A DNA stretch of 47,379 nt from Oopsacas minuta (lineage: Eukaryota > Animalia > Porifera), in assembly GCA_024704765.1 (NCBI GenBank), contig JAKMXF010000102.1:1-47379 (forward strand). Reading direction: 5' to 3'. Of this stretch, positions 1 through 10,643 are shown piece by piece (position 1 is the stretch's first letter; every line of letters begins with the position of its first letter). Both the position numbers and the translations under genes were made by a program. The notes beneath the pieces were generated by a model. That model was not told the origin of the DNA, made no database searches, and worked only from the letters and a program-made list of their open reading frames with translations.

Positions 1-347
1 TAAGCTCGTAAAGTCACCGTTGGATAGAATGAGAGTTGTAGAGCTAGGTCACCCACCAAACTTACCTGACCTTGCTCCTTGTGATTTCCGGCTCTTTGTT
101 AAGTTGAAAAAGGACCTTGTAGACAGGCATTTTGATACCAGAATACCTAGGTAACGCAATTTAGTGATCCCTAAAAGACATCCCGCCCTGAGACTATAAA
201 AATGTATTTTATAGATGGCTAGATCGTCTACAACGAGTCATAGACGTTAATGGTGATTATTTCGAGGAAATATAACAATTGTACATGTATATTCTTTAGA
301 GTTACAAAATATGGGGTAGGGTCGGCAACTTTTTTGAACGCATCTTG
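1..347 (+). mobile_element. mariner (DD34D-type) transposon, 3' remnant
   Basis: Translates to HPPNLPDLAPCDFRLFVKLKKDL, matching the mariner HPPYSPDLAPCDF motif. Ends in a TIR-like aactttttgaacgcatcttg followed by TA at 348-349. Confidence 0.8.
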
Positions 348-351
348 TATG

Positions 352-905
352 TAAGAATCTATATTTTGATTGAGTTTTTGGTAGAACTTTGATCAAATTT
401 CTTATACCTAACCTTGATCGAAGATTACAAAGGCAAATTTTGATCAAAGTTTTACTAAAATGTCTTCTGTCGAACTTGGATTGAAAAATTGTAGAATCTT
501 GATCGAAAAAGAGAAATTTGATAGAAAATGGAGAAAAACAAAAAATTTCCAACAATCCGTCATTTTCAAACTTTTCTAATAATCAATCCAACAAAACTCC
601 ATCTAATCATAAAATTAGCATAAATTCCACACTCCCGTCCCTTACTAGTTGATAACGAACACAAATACAAACTCCCAGAGCCATAAGGTAGCGAACTAAA
701 TCCCCAATCCCTCCCAACGGTACTCGTTTCTATTCAATAAAATTAAAAGTGCTAGCATGTCCTAGATTGAAATCAGTCGAGTGCGGTGCATTGTGGCATT
801 ACATGGGGGGTCAGGGGGTGCCCTTCTGAATATTGTGTTGTCGTGAAGTACGGCAATTTTTCAATCAAAGTTCTACAAAAAATTCGATCAAAATATACAG
901 ATGCG
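352..905. repeat. MITE-like element with imperfect ~45-bp inverted ends and internal TTTGATC repeats
   Basis: 355-400 is approximately the reverse complement of 860-903. A related TTTGATCAAA-rich end occurs at ~34776-34900. Confidence 0.5.
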
Positions 906-1588
906 TATGGAATGACAGACACCAACAGCCAAACTTAAATAATAGAGTATTTCATATCAAACCGTCAAATGACATCACTAAACATCTTCGATTAGTTTGA
1001 AACTTTTCACGTTGCAAGTATGTTACTAGTCTAGAGTATCCTGAAAGTTATAACACATTCCATATCAGTTTTCAAAGAAAATATACTTGAATTCCAGAAA
1101 ATTTCCCAATTTAGACAATTTCAAATTAGACCCCCTAACAAAGTTTTAATATCTTTTGTCAAAAGTTTCAACTTGACTTGAAAGTTGCTCATCAGGTAAG
1201 AAAACAACATGAGCATGATAAATTCATTTTCAGATTGATTTGGCACAATTTTCTAAATAAAGTCTGGGTTGAACCTGGTACAAGTTTACTTTTACGAAAT
1301 GTAGCATAACACAGTAGGATTGTTAAGGGATGGTTCCAAGTAACCAAGATTCTTGCTCTAGGGGATATCTCAATAGAACAAGAAAATTGGGAAGTTCCAT
1401 CATTTCCCTCTGAGTTCTTGAACAATGACGTCATATTGATTTCTACATATTTGGTGACGTAATCTTAATTATTGTGATACATCAGATTTTATATTCTAAA
1501 GTTTCTGTATTAAGTCACTTAGAATTTCACCGTCCGAACTGTCACTGAAAGGATTTATCAAATTTGTTGATAATTATCATATACTTCT

Positions 1589-1748
1589 TAACCGAATACG
1601 GTGGGGAAAATGTGTGATTTTATGACGTCAAAAAGGTGCCCTTTATCTCGATTTGAGTACGTGAATTGGTTAAAAACGAAGTGGTAAAATTTATGTATTC
1701 CTTTTTATGAGAAAATTCGAAATTTCTAGATTATGAGTTTTTCGGTTA
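1589..1748 (+). repeat. short dispersed element, TAACCGA...TCGGTTA family, copy 1
   Basis: Shares the core atctcgatttg..(g)aattggttaaaa(a)cgaagtggtaaaat and the inverted 7-bp ends with copies at 9463-9606 and 10044-10170. Confidence 0.55.
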
Positions 1749-1979
1749 TCACATTTTTTCACACTTCTATATGTGCTACACTGCGAGAAAATTATTGGAA
1801 AAATGGAGAGAATTAAGTCATGGTAAAGTTTGACAATGTAGCACTTTAGATATGTAACTCAATGTATGTTTGGAATAGTATTCTATCAAGGGGTGTTGAA
1901 TGATTGAATCTGCGAGTATTATCAATATCTCTTATAATTAAGAACAATCAAAATAGGTCCATTTATAACACTATTCAAT

Positions 1980-2500
1980 TTAGCAATGGAGAGTAATACA
2001 AATATATTTAGATAGGATTTGGCTTACCCAACAGCAAGGATTTTTAAGCGACCCGGTTGAAATCTCACTTCCGATAGAAACAGTATTAGCAGCCTGTAGT
2101 AAATGTTCAAATGTGTACTTTAATAGCCTAATAGCAACGACAACAACAACAAGAATGAAAGATCGAATAAAGCCTATGATAATTGTTATATACCAAACGA
2201 GTATGAATCTGGTATTGTCATCTACCGTAGAATTTCCCAGATCACACGTGGATACTACACAGCCCCAACAATTGGTGCCTGTAAAACCGGCCAACCGGAG
2301 GGTGGAGCTGGCCCTGCTTATTAGTCAGTGAATACAGTAAATCTCGTTAAAGAACAAACCTGTGTTACCCGTAAATACTTGTGAGAATTGTACCACAGTA
2401 ATTTCATCTAATGTCATCAATTCACACCAGTCATAGGTGAATTCTGGTTTAGCAATTCCAACGTGTTAGACAAAAAATACCATATCACTCTGAATAAGCG
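1980..2500 (-). pseudogene. possible relic of an EGF-repeat transmembrane protein
   Basis: Minus-strand motifs KPEFTYDWCE, SQVFTGNTG and LAGFTGTNC resemble EGF repeat ends and precede the hydrophobic stretch ILVWYITIIIGFIRSFILVVVVVAI. Interrupted by stops. Confidence 0.3.
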
Positions 2501-2581
2501 CCGGTTTGAATAATCTCCGACTTTGGGCACTTATTTATCCATAGGGGCCAGGAACGAAGACCCTGAAAGGAATTCAACTTG

Positions 2582-3219
2582 TTATACCCGTGACTTTTTG
2601 TAGTCACGCTCTTGAGCACAAAAGTGTGCAGTAGCGGATCTGTTAAGAATTATGAATTATGCAAGCGGGCTTCGCTTGCAAGCTTGCTGTACGACAGCTT
2701 AGTGCCTCAGGCTAGCTTAAGTATTAAACAGCTAAATTATATAGTGAGATTGGTTGCTTCGCAACAGAATATACTCGGACTATGTGCCTCGAATTCACAG
2801 AATATTTCAGATTTTAAGAATTTATTATCCATGGTCATCCAAATTACATTGAATGGCCTTCTGTAGTGACGCTTGAGATGCTGTCGCTTTTGGTTAGTAA
2901 TCGCGGCATTTCGCCTCGGGTATTGAGAAATTCTGAAAAAATTTTGTACAGTGATGATGACGTAATAATCCCATGATGAGTTAGCTTTTGGTCAGAATCA
3001 TAACGTCAGGACATGTCTCATATTGAGGGTACCCGTGATTCAAATTTCAAACTTCTATCATGTATATTGGCTAAACAGTAGTTAATAATGTGATTTTTAA
3101 AATCCAAAAAGGTGACAATGATTTCATAGTTTCGTCATGTGTTTAATAGACTCGAACTTGTCCAAGCCAGGGCCAAAATATCCTTGTATGCTAAAGATCA
3201 GCCCTGGAGGGCTTCCAGT
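2582..3219 (+). mobile_element. Helentron/DINE-1-like non-autonomous element, copy 1
   Basis: Starts TTATACCCG with an immediate hairpin (cgtgact-ttttgt-agtcacg), resembling the DINE-1/HINE 5' end. Homologous to 36752-37130 (same strand) and 4092-4288 (opposite strand). Family assignment is inference. Confidence 0.5.
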
Positions 3220-3959
3220 ATATAACTTCTTAACATTAACAGTTTGAAGCATGATTAGGACTAATTTTATTCTGGCAATTTCCCTCTACGTCTCATACAG
3301 TAAACCTTCTATCGAGATCACCTATGATTTAGGAAAACTTAATCTTAGGGAAGACTTTGCATCACTAAGTTTATGATAGGGTACTATAAGGAAGACCTAT
3401 TAGCAAGAACACCTTCAAATTAGGTACAGTTTTCAGCAGTCTCAAAGTTTGCCTAGATGGAGGTTTCACTATAATAGCTTTATATGAGTGAGTTTACAAA
3501 GTTTAATATTTCTACCTTGTTCTAACAAATCAGATGTCACGGATAACAGTTGTTAGTAGAAAATTAAGAACTTTTGAGTAATTAAGGTGAGATTTTAAAA
3601 GTTCCGTAAAAACTGGACATCAGTAAAATTACGCTTAATCTCCAAGAATTACCATGAGTCACCTGATAGCACTGGAGAGCTAGGAAAACATTGTCCCATG
3701 CGTCGTTCTGTAATTGATCTCGTTATCATATCTTGACAAAACTATACACTAGACCCTCACTAATCCGAATACGTAGGTCTGAAAGGTTCTACCACTTTTG
3801 TAAAATATTCTAACTAGTTCAAGAGTAAATATTTGTATCCAATTTTACTGTGGACAAATACATATTACTATATTACAAATGTAGGTAGCATTTTCACCGT
3901 TAGTACAACTTCGAAAATGTCTATAGATTATATAGTATTGTTTCTATGTATTTCGCTAA

Positions 3960-4288
3960 TCCGAAAAATAATTTAGAAATTGGAACAGTGCTTTGCGGAT
4001 TTGCGAGGCTGTACTGTACTATTTAAACGAGTCCCTGTGCGTGTGTGTGTATAATGTATATTTGTTTGCGTTTTCGGAATTGATTGAAGAAACTGAGAGA
4101 CCCCAGGGCTGTGTTTGGCATACGGAAGTATTTTTGACCTGGCTCGGACAAGTTCGAGTCTTGGACGAAAGTTCACACATATAACGAAAATTATAACTTA
4201 ATTGTCACCTTTTAGATTTCCGAAAAATCATATTAGCCACTGCCCAGCCAATATAAATTATAGAAGTCGGAAATTTGAATAACAGTGT
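3960..4288 (-). mobile_element. Helentron/DINE-1-like element, copy 2 (3' part with CA microsatellite)
   Basis: 4092-4288 aligns by eye as the reverse complement of 3028-3219 (shared ggacaagttcgagtc, attgtcacct, agccaatata). A (GT)n tract lies at ~4036-4050. Confidence 0.5.
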
Positions 4289-4835
4289 AATAATTACATT
4301 AGTTTTTTCTGCTTCTAATCTGTAGTATGACTAGCAGATATAGAGAATACTAATAATATAGCTTGTTCATGAATATTACTTAAAAGCTGATTGGATTATT
4401 ACTGTGTTATTTCAGAGCCTTACTAATGTAAGCGGCTCCAAAAACATGATTAGCCAAACTATATTATGGAATGATAGGGTTCTTCTAGTGCTGTATGTAT
4501 GGATTCATTGACTATCTAAGTTTAACAATAGCCTTAATTGTTTTATGATATTTATGAGTTAAGTATATTTCAAATTAACAATGGATCATTTAAAAGATAG
4601 GTATTTCCCCGATTATATTACCCCTTATGCTGTTTATAACAATCTACGATTATTCAAAGGGTAATTCAATATGCTGATTCCAATTTTCACACTCTTGAAT
4701 TGGTACCAACCGATAATTAGTGTAACAAAATCAATTTTATATCAACTGGATTATCCTATTAAATTGTAAATAGATTGTTTGATGGATTATATATCCGAGC
4801 GGAACAAGAATAAATATAAATTACAACCTGTGCCA

Positions 4836-4982
4836 ACAGCTTAGTTCATTAATTAAATTTGTTTAAAAAGTGGCACTATTAATTGGAGGCACTATGTGTA
4901 TTGAAATTAAACATAACCTTTCATAGTGTCTCCAATTATTAGTGCCACTTTAAAAACAAATTTAATTAATAGACTAAGCTGT
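4836..4982. repeat. 147-bp near-perfect foldback palindrome (MITE-like)
   Basis: The ~60-bp arms acagcttagttcattaattaaatttg...ggcactatg and catagtgtctcc...ctaagctgt are complementary with few mismatches around a ~25-nt loop. Confidence 0.85.
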
Positions 4983-5034
4983 AACTGCTCGAGCCAGTTT
5001 TCAAAAGACTAGAGGAACTCAAATATTAACACCA

Positions 5035-5936
5035 TTGGAGATGTTAACATTTTGCTTCAATACTACTACCTCTCAACAATTGAATTCATTTATATACCTC
5101 AATATCAGCTGGGGTAGGCATACAAAAGCGATACTACACTCATTTATATCGGAAGATCTAAAACTGTCGAAGGTTATCGCACAATTGGTCCCTGAACTCA
5201 TTTCAAATGAACAAAAAGGTGAGAGGGCTAAAGTTTGCAGGAAATTATTGTCAATATATAAGTCAAATGTGACTTTTTGGATCGTATCGCAATAGTGATT
5301 ACTTTTGGTTTCATTATTATGAACCAGAGAATAAAAATCAATTAATCAATGAGAAGGCGCAATGAACTAGTACCCATGAAGGTGAAGGTATCATTAGCTG
5401 GAAAGAGATGGCCACGGTATTCTGGATATGGAAGGATTTCTACTTCTTGATTGATCTGACCACCATCAACAATGATACCTACATCGAAGAATTGAAGGAA
5501 TTGCTCAAAGTTATTAGACGTGAAAGGCGAGGCAAGTTGACACATGGCGTGCTACGCTAACATGACAACGTAAGGCCCTATGTAAGTTCCATAACAATGG
5601 ATATATATTACGATTTAGGGTTCGAATGCATCCGTCACCCATCGTAAACACCATACAGGGCTCTCAGCGACTACTGGTTATTCGAATAGATGAAAAGACC
5701 TCTTTGAGGGAAGAGACTTGATGATTTCAAACGGCTGGAGAGGGAAGTGAGACAGTGTGAATAGGTAACCGTAAAGAATTCTAATCCACTGGGCTAGAAA
5801 ACTGACCAAGAAGATGGAAACGAGGTAACGAGTTAAAGGCGCTATATCTTGAAATATTTGACGCAGATTATATCTAGGTTTTGATTTAGTTCTATATTTA
5901 TACAATTTTGTCTCATTATTTGATGAATAACCCTTG
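5035..5936 (+). mobile_element. degenerate mariner transposon
   Basis: Fragments LSKVIAQLVPELIS (WVP-linker region), WFHYYEPE, MATVFW, HDNVRP and DYWLF occur in order with many stops. Ends gaataacccttg followed by TA. Confidence 0.75.
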
Positions 5937-7278
5937 TATATATCAACAACACGCTAAATATTTTCCATTTAATCAATATAGACTATTTGGTAATTTCGGT
6001 TGCAACATTGGAAAGAAAAATTTGAAGATGTATATGACAAAAATATTGATAAAGGTGCTGAGACAAATCATGAACATGACATATGTCGAATCTATTGATT
6101 ATTGAATCTCAGGGTGGCATGAATCAAATTTGGGTCCTCGAAGCCCCATGATCATAGAGCACGATGCGACTATTACCCTAATGTAATTTACCAAGGGAGG
6201 AGGGGTGATAACATAAAATTTGGGTTCAACTGTTTTTCTTGTTTTCTACTATAAATTGTGGCCAATATAGTAAAATGCAATTTAACATATTTGACTGCTG
6301 ACAGAGTAATTAAGAGCCAGTGAGTCAGCATAATATCATAATTTCGGAAAAAAGGTCCTAAACTAAAGTATTTCTTTTCAAATTTCACATATGGATGTGT
6401 AAACTATACTTTTGATAATCATCAAGCCGCGGTAAAAATGTTTCTTTCAGACGCCGATGTGATAGCTTATATAAGAGGCCTCATTTATAGTAACTTATGA
6501 ATTTTAGACTGTGGTGTTGTTATCGACCCAGGTGTTTATTTGGGTGTCTTGTATTGCTGGTTGCAGGACGGTGTATTGATGAATAAATATATTCCACATT
6601 AGTAGAACACAAATTATCAAATCTGAAATAGTAGAAAATTCTGGAATGCATCAAGGTTAAACGCATAATAACTATTATAAAATACCTATTATACGCAATA
6701 CGTCTTCATCGCGTATTAAACTACTTAGTAATGAACTAGACAATTTTTTGGCACATTTGACATTCAAATATTTTTACCATGTATTTTTGATAATGTACAT
6801 TACATATCTATTCGAACAAAAATGCACGGTTTCTGCAATACAGAAACTTTATATAAATACCTCAGTCGAAAACAACATCCCTAGTCCAATATTCACAGTT
6901 AATATGAGATCTTACGTATCGTAGGCAATCAGGTAAGGAAATCTGACTGAAGGAGTTGTTACCTATCAATTCTCATACGATTTGAGCTAGGGATGTAGAA
7001 GACAAATTGCTCAAGTTTTAACTACTACATTTATATGGTTTGAACAATGAATTTGTGCTGAAAACTCACTAACGACAGGCCTGAGTAAGGATTTTCTTAG
7101 TATAACATTAAGTGATAATTAATAAATATAAGTTAAAAATACATGAAGGTATCCATGAAGTATTATACTGGTATCCTCGAGGAATTATAATGTGATGAAG
7201 GCTGTGTGGTTACATTAATAATTTAACTGGATCATGCTGAACACACTGGTAAAGATCATTAAAACACATGTTGAATCT

Positions 7279-9153
7279 TCAAAAGATTTGGCGTTCAAAA
7301 AATACTAGCTGATCGACAAGAAAGCAGCCATTTCGGTTATTAGTGATCTTCGAGAGTTGGATTTGAATCATTCCTTCATCCCCAATTTGTCCACTTCCTA
7401 TTTCATCGACTCCGAACCTTGCTTTTTTTAAATAATCATAAACAATGTAGAAGAGATCAGTTCCAAGAGCACTAAGGCATTCGTTCCTCAACATGCTAAC
7501 TCTATGATGTAGTGTAATCGCCCGTTGAGAAATAGTTGGAAGTGTTTCTTCAACATCACGCATTTCACAGTCTTCAAGTAACGCAGTCTCCATGTAATAC
7601 ATCATATATTCATAATCGTCTACGGATTCAATTTGTTCTTCTGTATCACTATTGGTGCATTCCAGTTCACTTTCGCTATAATCCTCGAAATCTTCATTCT
7701 GTAAGTAGTACGTTTCTGCTAGCTTTGGATCCTCTGGAATATAACGGAAGGGGGTGAAGGTAATTTGGTCATTTTCAACATGATTAGAGCCAAAACTCAG
7801 AGTAGAAGCATTATCTGTCTTATTTGTAGATTTGGTGATCGTAATTGAGGGAAGAACAGTTTCACAAATTATTTTCTCAGGGGGGGATAACCAAGAGGGA
7901 TTTTCATTAAATTTTCGTTTTTGATCCTCAAACAATGTCAAATTCTCCTTGGATTGGAATTCTGCTAATTGGCATCTCTCATCTACAAAAACTTCAACCT
8001 GTTCTCGTTTTCGACGGATCATCAACTCTTTAGGTGTGAGTAATGTATTCGAAGTTCCAGTTGTGTAAATAGATGGGGTAGTCTCTTCCTCCTGAACCTC
8101 AATTGTCTTGAAAGTTTCAGGGACAGACAATAATTTATTTAGTTTAGGTTTCGGGATAGTACTTTTGTTTTCGAGAGATTTGTTACGCTGAAATAAAGAT
8201 TTATTTCGCATATTTTGATAATGGTTTTTAAAAAAAGACATTTTCAGTAATTCATGAGCAGTTGGACGCAATTCGGGGTCTTTCTCTAGCATTTTCTTTG
8301 AAATATTACAGATTTCAGGTGAAAAACTAGCTGGCAATTGTGGAGGATCCGCTTCTACAATTCTGTACAAGAGAGCCATGATAGACCCTCCTTTGTAAGG
8401 TCTCTCAAGCATAAGTAGTTCATAAAATATACAACCTAGGGACCAAATATCAGATTTAAAGTTGTAACCCTCTTGTTTGAGTACCTCCGGGCTCATGTAA
8501 TAGGGAGTCCCTGCAAATGTGTTGGCGTATTCATTACAACTCTTCAATATACAACTAATCCCAAAGTCTCCAAGTTTTACCTTGTTACGTCTCAAAAACA
8601 CATTACGTGTTTTGAGATCTCGGTGGATGATTCTCAGCTGATGGATATAATTCAGAGCAATAGCAAGTTGTACAAACCAGTCCAATACGATTTCAATATT
8701 AATGCCTCCAGATGATTGCTGCTTTTGTTTGATGATCATGGCTAAATCTCCTCCCTCACAATATTCAGTTACTATACAAAACATTGAATCTTCAATAAAG
8801 CTATCGTGAAAAGATAGGATATAAGGACAGTTTAGCTCAGACAAAACACGTGCTTCCTTCACAGCGTCAACTGTCTCATCTAACATAATGTCATCAATAG
8901 GTATAAATTTAATTACTTTCAATCTTTGTGACTCATCAATCCTTGCATTTGAATCGTTAATAAGGTATACACTGCCGAATTGTCCGGCACCCAGTTTATT
9001 GAGGAGAGAATATTTTACACCCCAGGTCTGTTTCAAATGTGTGGGAGTATCAAAAAATATTTCATGTGACTGAGATTGTACCCATTCGTTAATAGCTTCC
9101 TCATCAGCTACTGCGTTACGGCTGATATCAAAAATACCTCTTGCTTGTAACAT
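7279..9153 (-). CDS. NEK11: NIMA-related serine/threonine kinase, NEK11-like (624 aa, single exon)
   Basis: Open frame with GAGQFG, VIK, HRDLKTRN, DFG and GTPYYMSPE. The C-terminal signatures TPKELMIRRK, IPEDPKLAETYY, LGTDLFYIVYDYLKKAR and CFLVDQLVFFE match my recollection of NEK11. ATG at 9153 is preceded by an in-frame stop. Confidence 0.92.
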   Translation of the reverse strand: MLQARGIFDISRNAVADEEAINEWVQSQSHEIFFDTPTHLKQTWGVKYSLLNKLGAGQFGSVYLINDSNARIDESQRLKVIKFIPIDDIMLDETVDAVKEARVLSELNCPYILSFHDSFIEDSMFCIVTEYCEGGDLAMIIKQKQQSSGGINIEIVLDWFVQLAIALNYIHQLRIIHRDLKTRNVFLRRNKVKLGDFGISCILKSCNEYANTFAGTPYYMSPEVLKQEGYNFKSDIWSLGCIFYELLMLERPYKGGSIMALLYRIVEADPPQLPASFSPEICNISKKMLEKDPELRPTAHELLKMSFFKNHYQNMRNKSLFQRNKSLENKSTIPKPKLNKLLSVPETFKTIEVQEEETTPSIYTTGTSNTLLTPKELMIRRKREQVEVFVDERCQLAEFQSKENLTLFEDQKRKFNENPSWLSPPEKIICETVLPSITITKSTNKTDNASTLSFGSNHVENDQITFTPFRYIPEDPKLAETYYLQNEDFEDYSESELECTNSDTEEQIESVDDYEYMMYYMETALLEDCEMRDVEETLPTISQRAITLHHRVSMLRNECLSALGTDLFYIVYDYLKKARFGVDEIGSGQIGDEGMIQIQLSKITNNRNGCFLVDQLVFFERQIF

Positions 9154-9462
9154 TTAGTCGTATTACAAATCTATTTATTTATAAGACAAGTGTAAGACTA
9201 TTGACTAAAAGAATTGATAGCAATAGTAGAGGAATCATTAAAAGTAACCAGCGCATGCTCAGCCACACACCCCAAGTGATTAGTGAAATACTGGTTTGGA
9301 CAGGATTTGTAGCAATAACTTCAATAACAAATGTTAAAATATATTATCGAGGAAATATAATGCAAGTCAAATATATTAGTCTGGAAGTAATCTATGGTCT
9401 AACAAATTCTGGACAGTGAGCAGCTTTAGCTTCGTAGGCTGTGTGATATCCATAATCAGCAT

Positions 9463-9606
9463 TAACCGAAGAATGCCGGAAAATAACTCATTCTGTGAGG
9501 TAAAAAATGTGCTGAAATCTCGATTTGGGTGAGGGAATTGATTAAAAGGAAGTGGGAGAAATGTTCCTCTTCGTCACAATTGTAACACTACAACCGTAAT
9601 CGGTTA
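9463..9606 (+). repeat. TAACCGA...TCGGTTA short element, copy 2
   Basis: Similar to 1589-1748 and 10044-10170. Ends in the hairpin aaccg-taat-cggtt. Confidence 0.55.
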
Positions 9607-10043
9607 TAAAGATATTTTAAATATTAACTTGTCATGAAGCAACCATTTTTGCCTTTTAAGCCACATTCTGCTGCGTTGCTATAGTAAAGAGGAATTTTTT
9701 GATTTTTGGACGTAAAATCCGGATTGGGTGGCAAAATTTGATGAAATTCAAAATGTATACAGTATCCTAGTATCAAAAACTGAGAAAATGCCAGGGGAAC
9801 GCCTGCATTGTTCACAATTTTGATTATTCATTCTATCAATGAGCACAGTTTCATTGACAATTATCAACTATGAATCTTTAATACAATTCTAACACAATGA
9901 AAATAACATTTTGGTAAATTTCTAGCTAATTTCAACATAAAAAGTCCCAATTAGTGGGTTTAAAGAGAAAAATTGGCCTTTGGCCAACTTTTTGTATATT
10001 CTTTGGGAAAACATAGCAGAGACAAGGTCTCTGCTTTCTCTAT

Positions 10044-10170
10044 TAACCGAATAATTCTGGGAAAATGTGTCATTCTATGAAGTCAGAGGTGCTGGAATCT
10101 CGATTTGGGTGCGGGAAATGGTTAAAACGAAGTGGTAAAATTTTGGTGTGCCTACGGCCGTAATCGGTTA
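10044..10170 (+). repeat. TAACCGA...TCGGTTA short element, copy 3
   Basis: Shares atctcgatttgggtg and ccgtaatcggttata with copy 2. Confidence 0.55.
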
Positions 10171-10287
10171 TATCACCAACGAACATGGGGTCAAATACCT
10201 TGAAAAGTATTCAATATGAACGAAAAATTGAGATTATATCACTAGACTTGAAAAGAATTTCAAATTCACTGGAATATTTATATAAAT

Positions 10288-10512
10288 GGGAGCCGCACAT
10301 TTGCGTACATCACACTTGCATGCATAACACTTGCGTACAATGTTATAGTTCACAGTTGCGTACATCACAGTTATGTACAATTTAATGTATATTTGACAAG
10401 TTAATTAAAGGTTTCACAGATAAATAAACTCTAATTACAAAATTATTTCGAGATCTATAAAATGCATTGGATGAGCTGGATATTTTATCACCAAGTATCT
10501 AATGTCTGCTAA
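10288..10512 (+). mobile_element. transposon end with five tandem 15-16-bp subterminal repeats (MULE/foldback-like), cut by gap
   Basis: cacatttgcgtacat-like unit x5 at 10296-10380. Superfamily is inference. Confidence 0.4.
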
Positions 10513-10513
10513 N

Positions 10514-10643
10514 ATTTGGCTCAATATTTTACAGCTGATGGTCCTCTCTGTTATTCTAATGATATTGATGAGCTGTTTTCTAGTTTGTCACAGGGACGTT
10601 CATCTTCTGATTGGCGCCTATATATTGATTCATCGAAACGTAG
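10514..10643 (+). mobile_element. 130-bp Chapaev3 transposase fragment
   Basis: 100% identical to the reverse complement of 32558-32687 (encodes ...DWRLYIDSSKR). Confidence 0.85.

Noticed and set aside
3230-3900. Penelope/RT-like remnant (minus: RMGQCFPSSPVLS..FLE)
   Set aside because: A single weak motif, no YxDD recovered, and too many stops.
6426-6435. GCCGCGGTAA, resembling the SSU rRNA 515 region
   Set aside because: Only 10 bp match, and the flanks show no rRNA similarity.
7536-9073. Short plus-strand ORFs opposite NEK11
   Set aside because: Antisense shadows of the kinase frame with no recognisable motifs.
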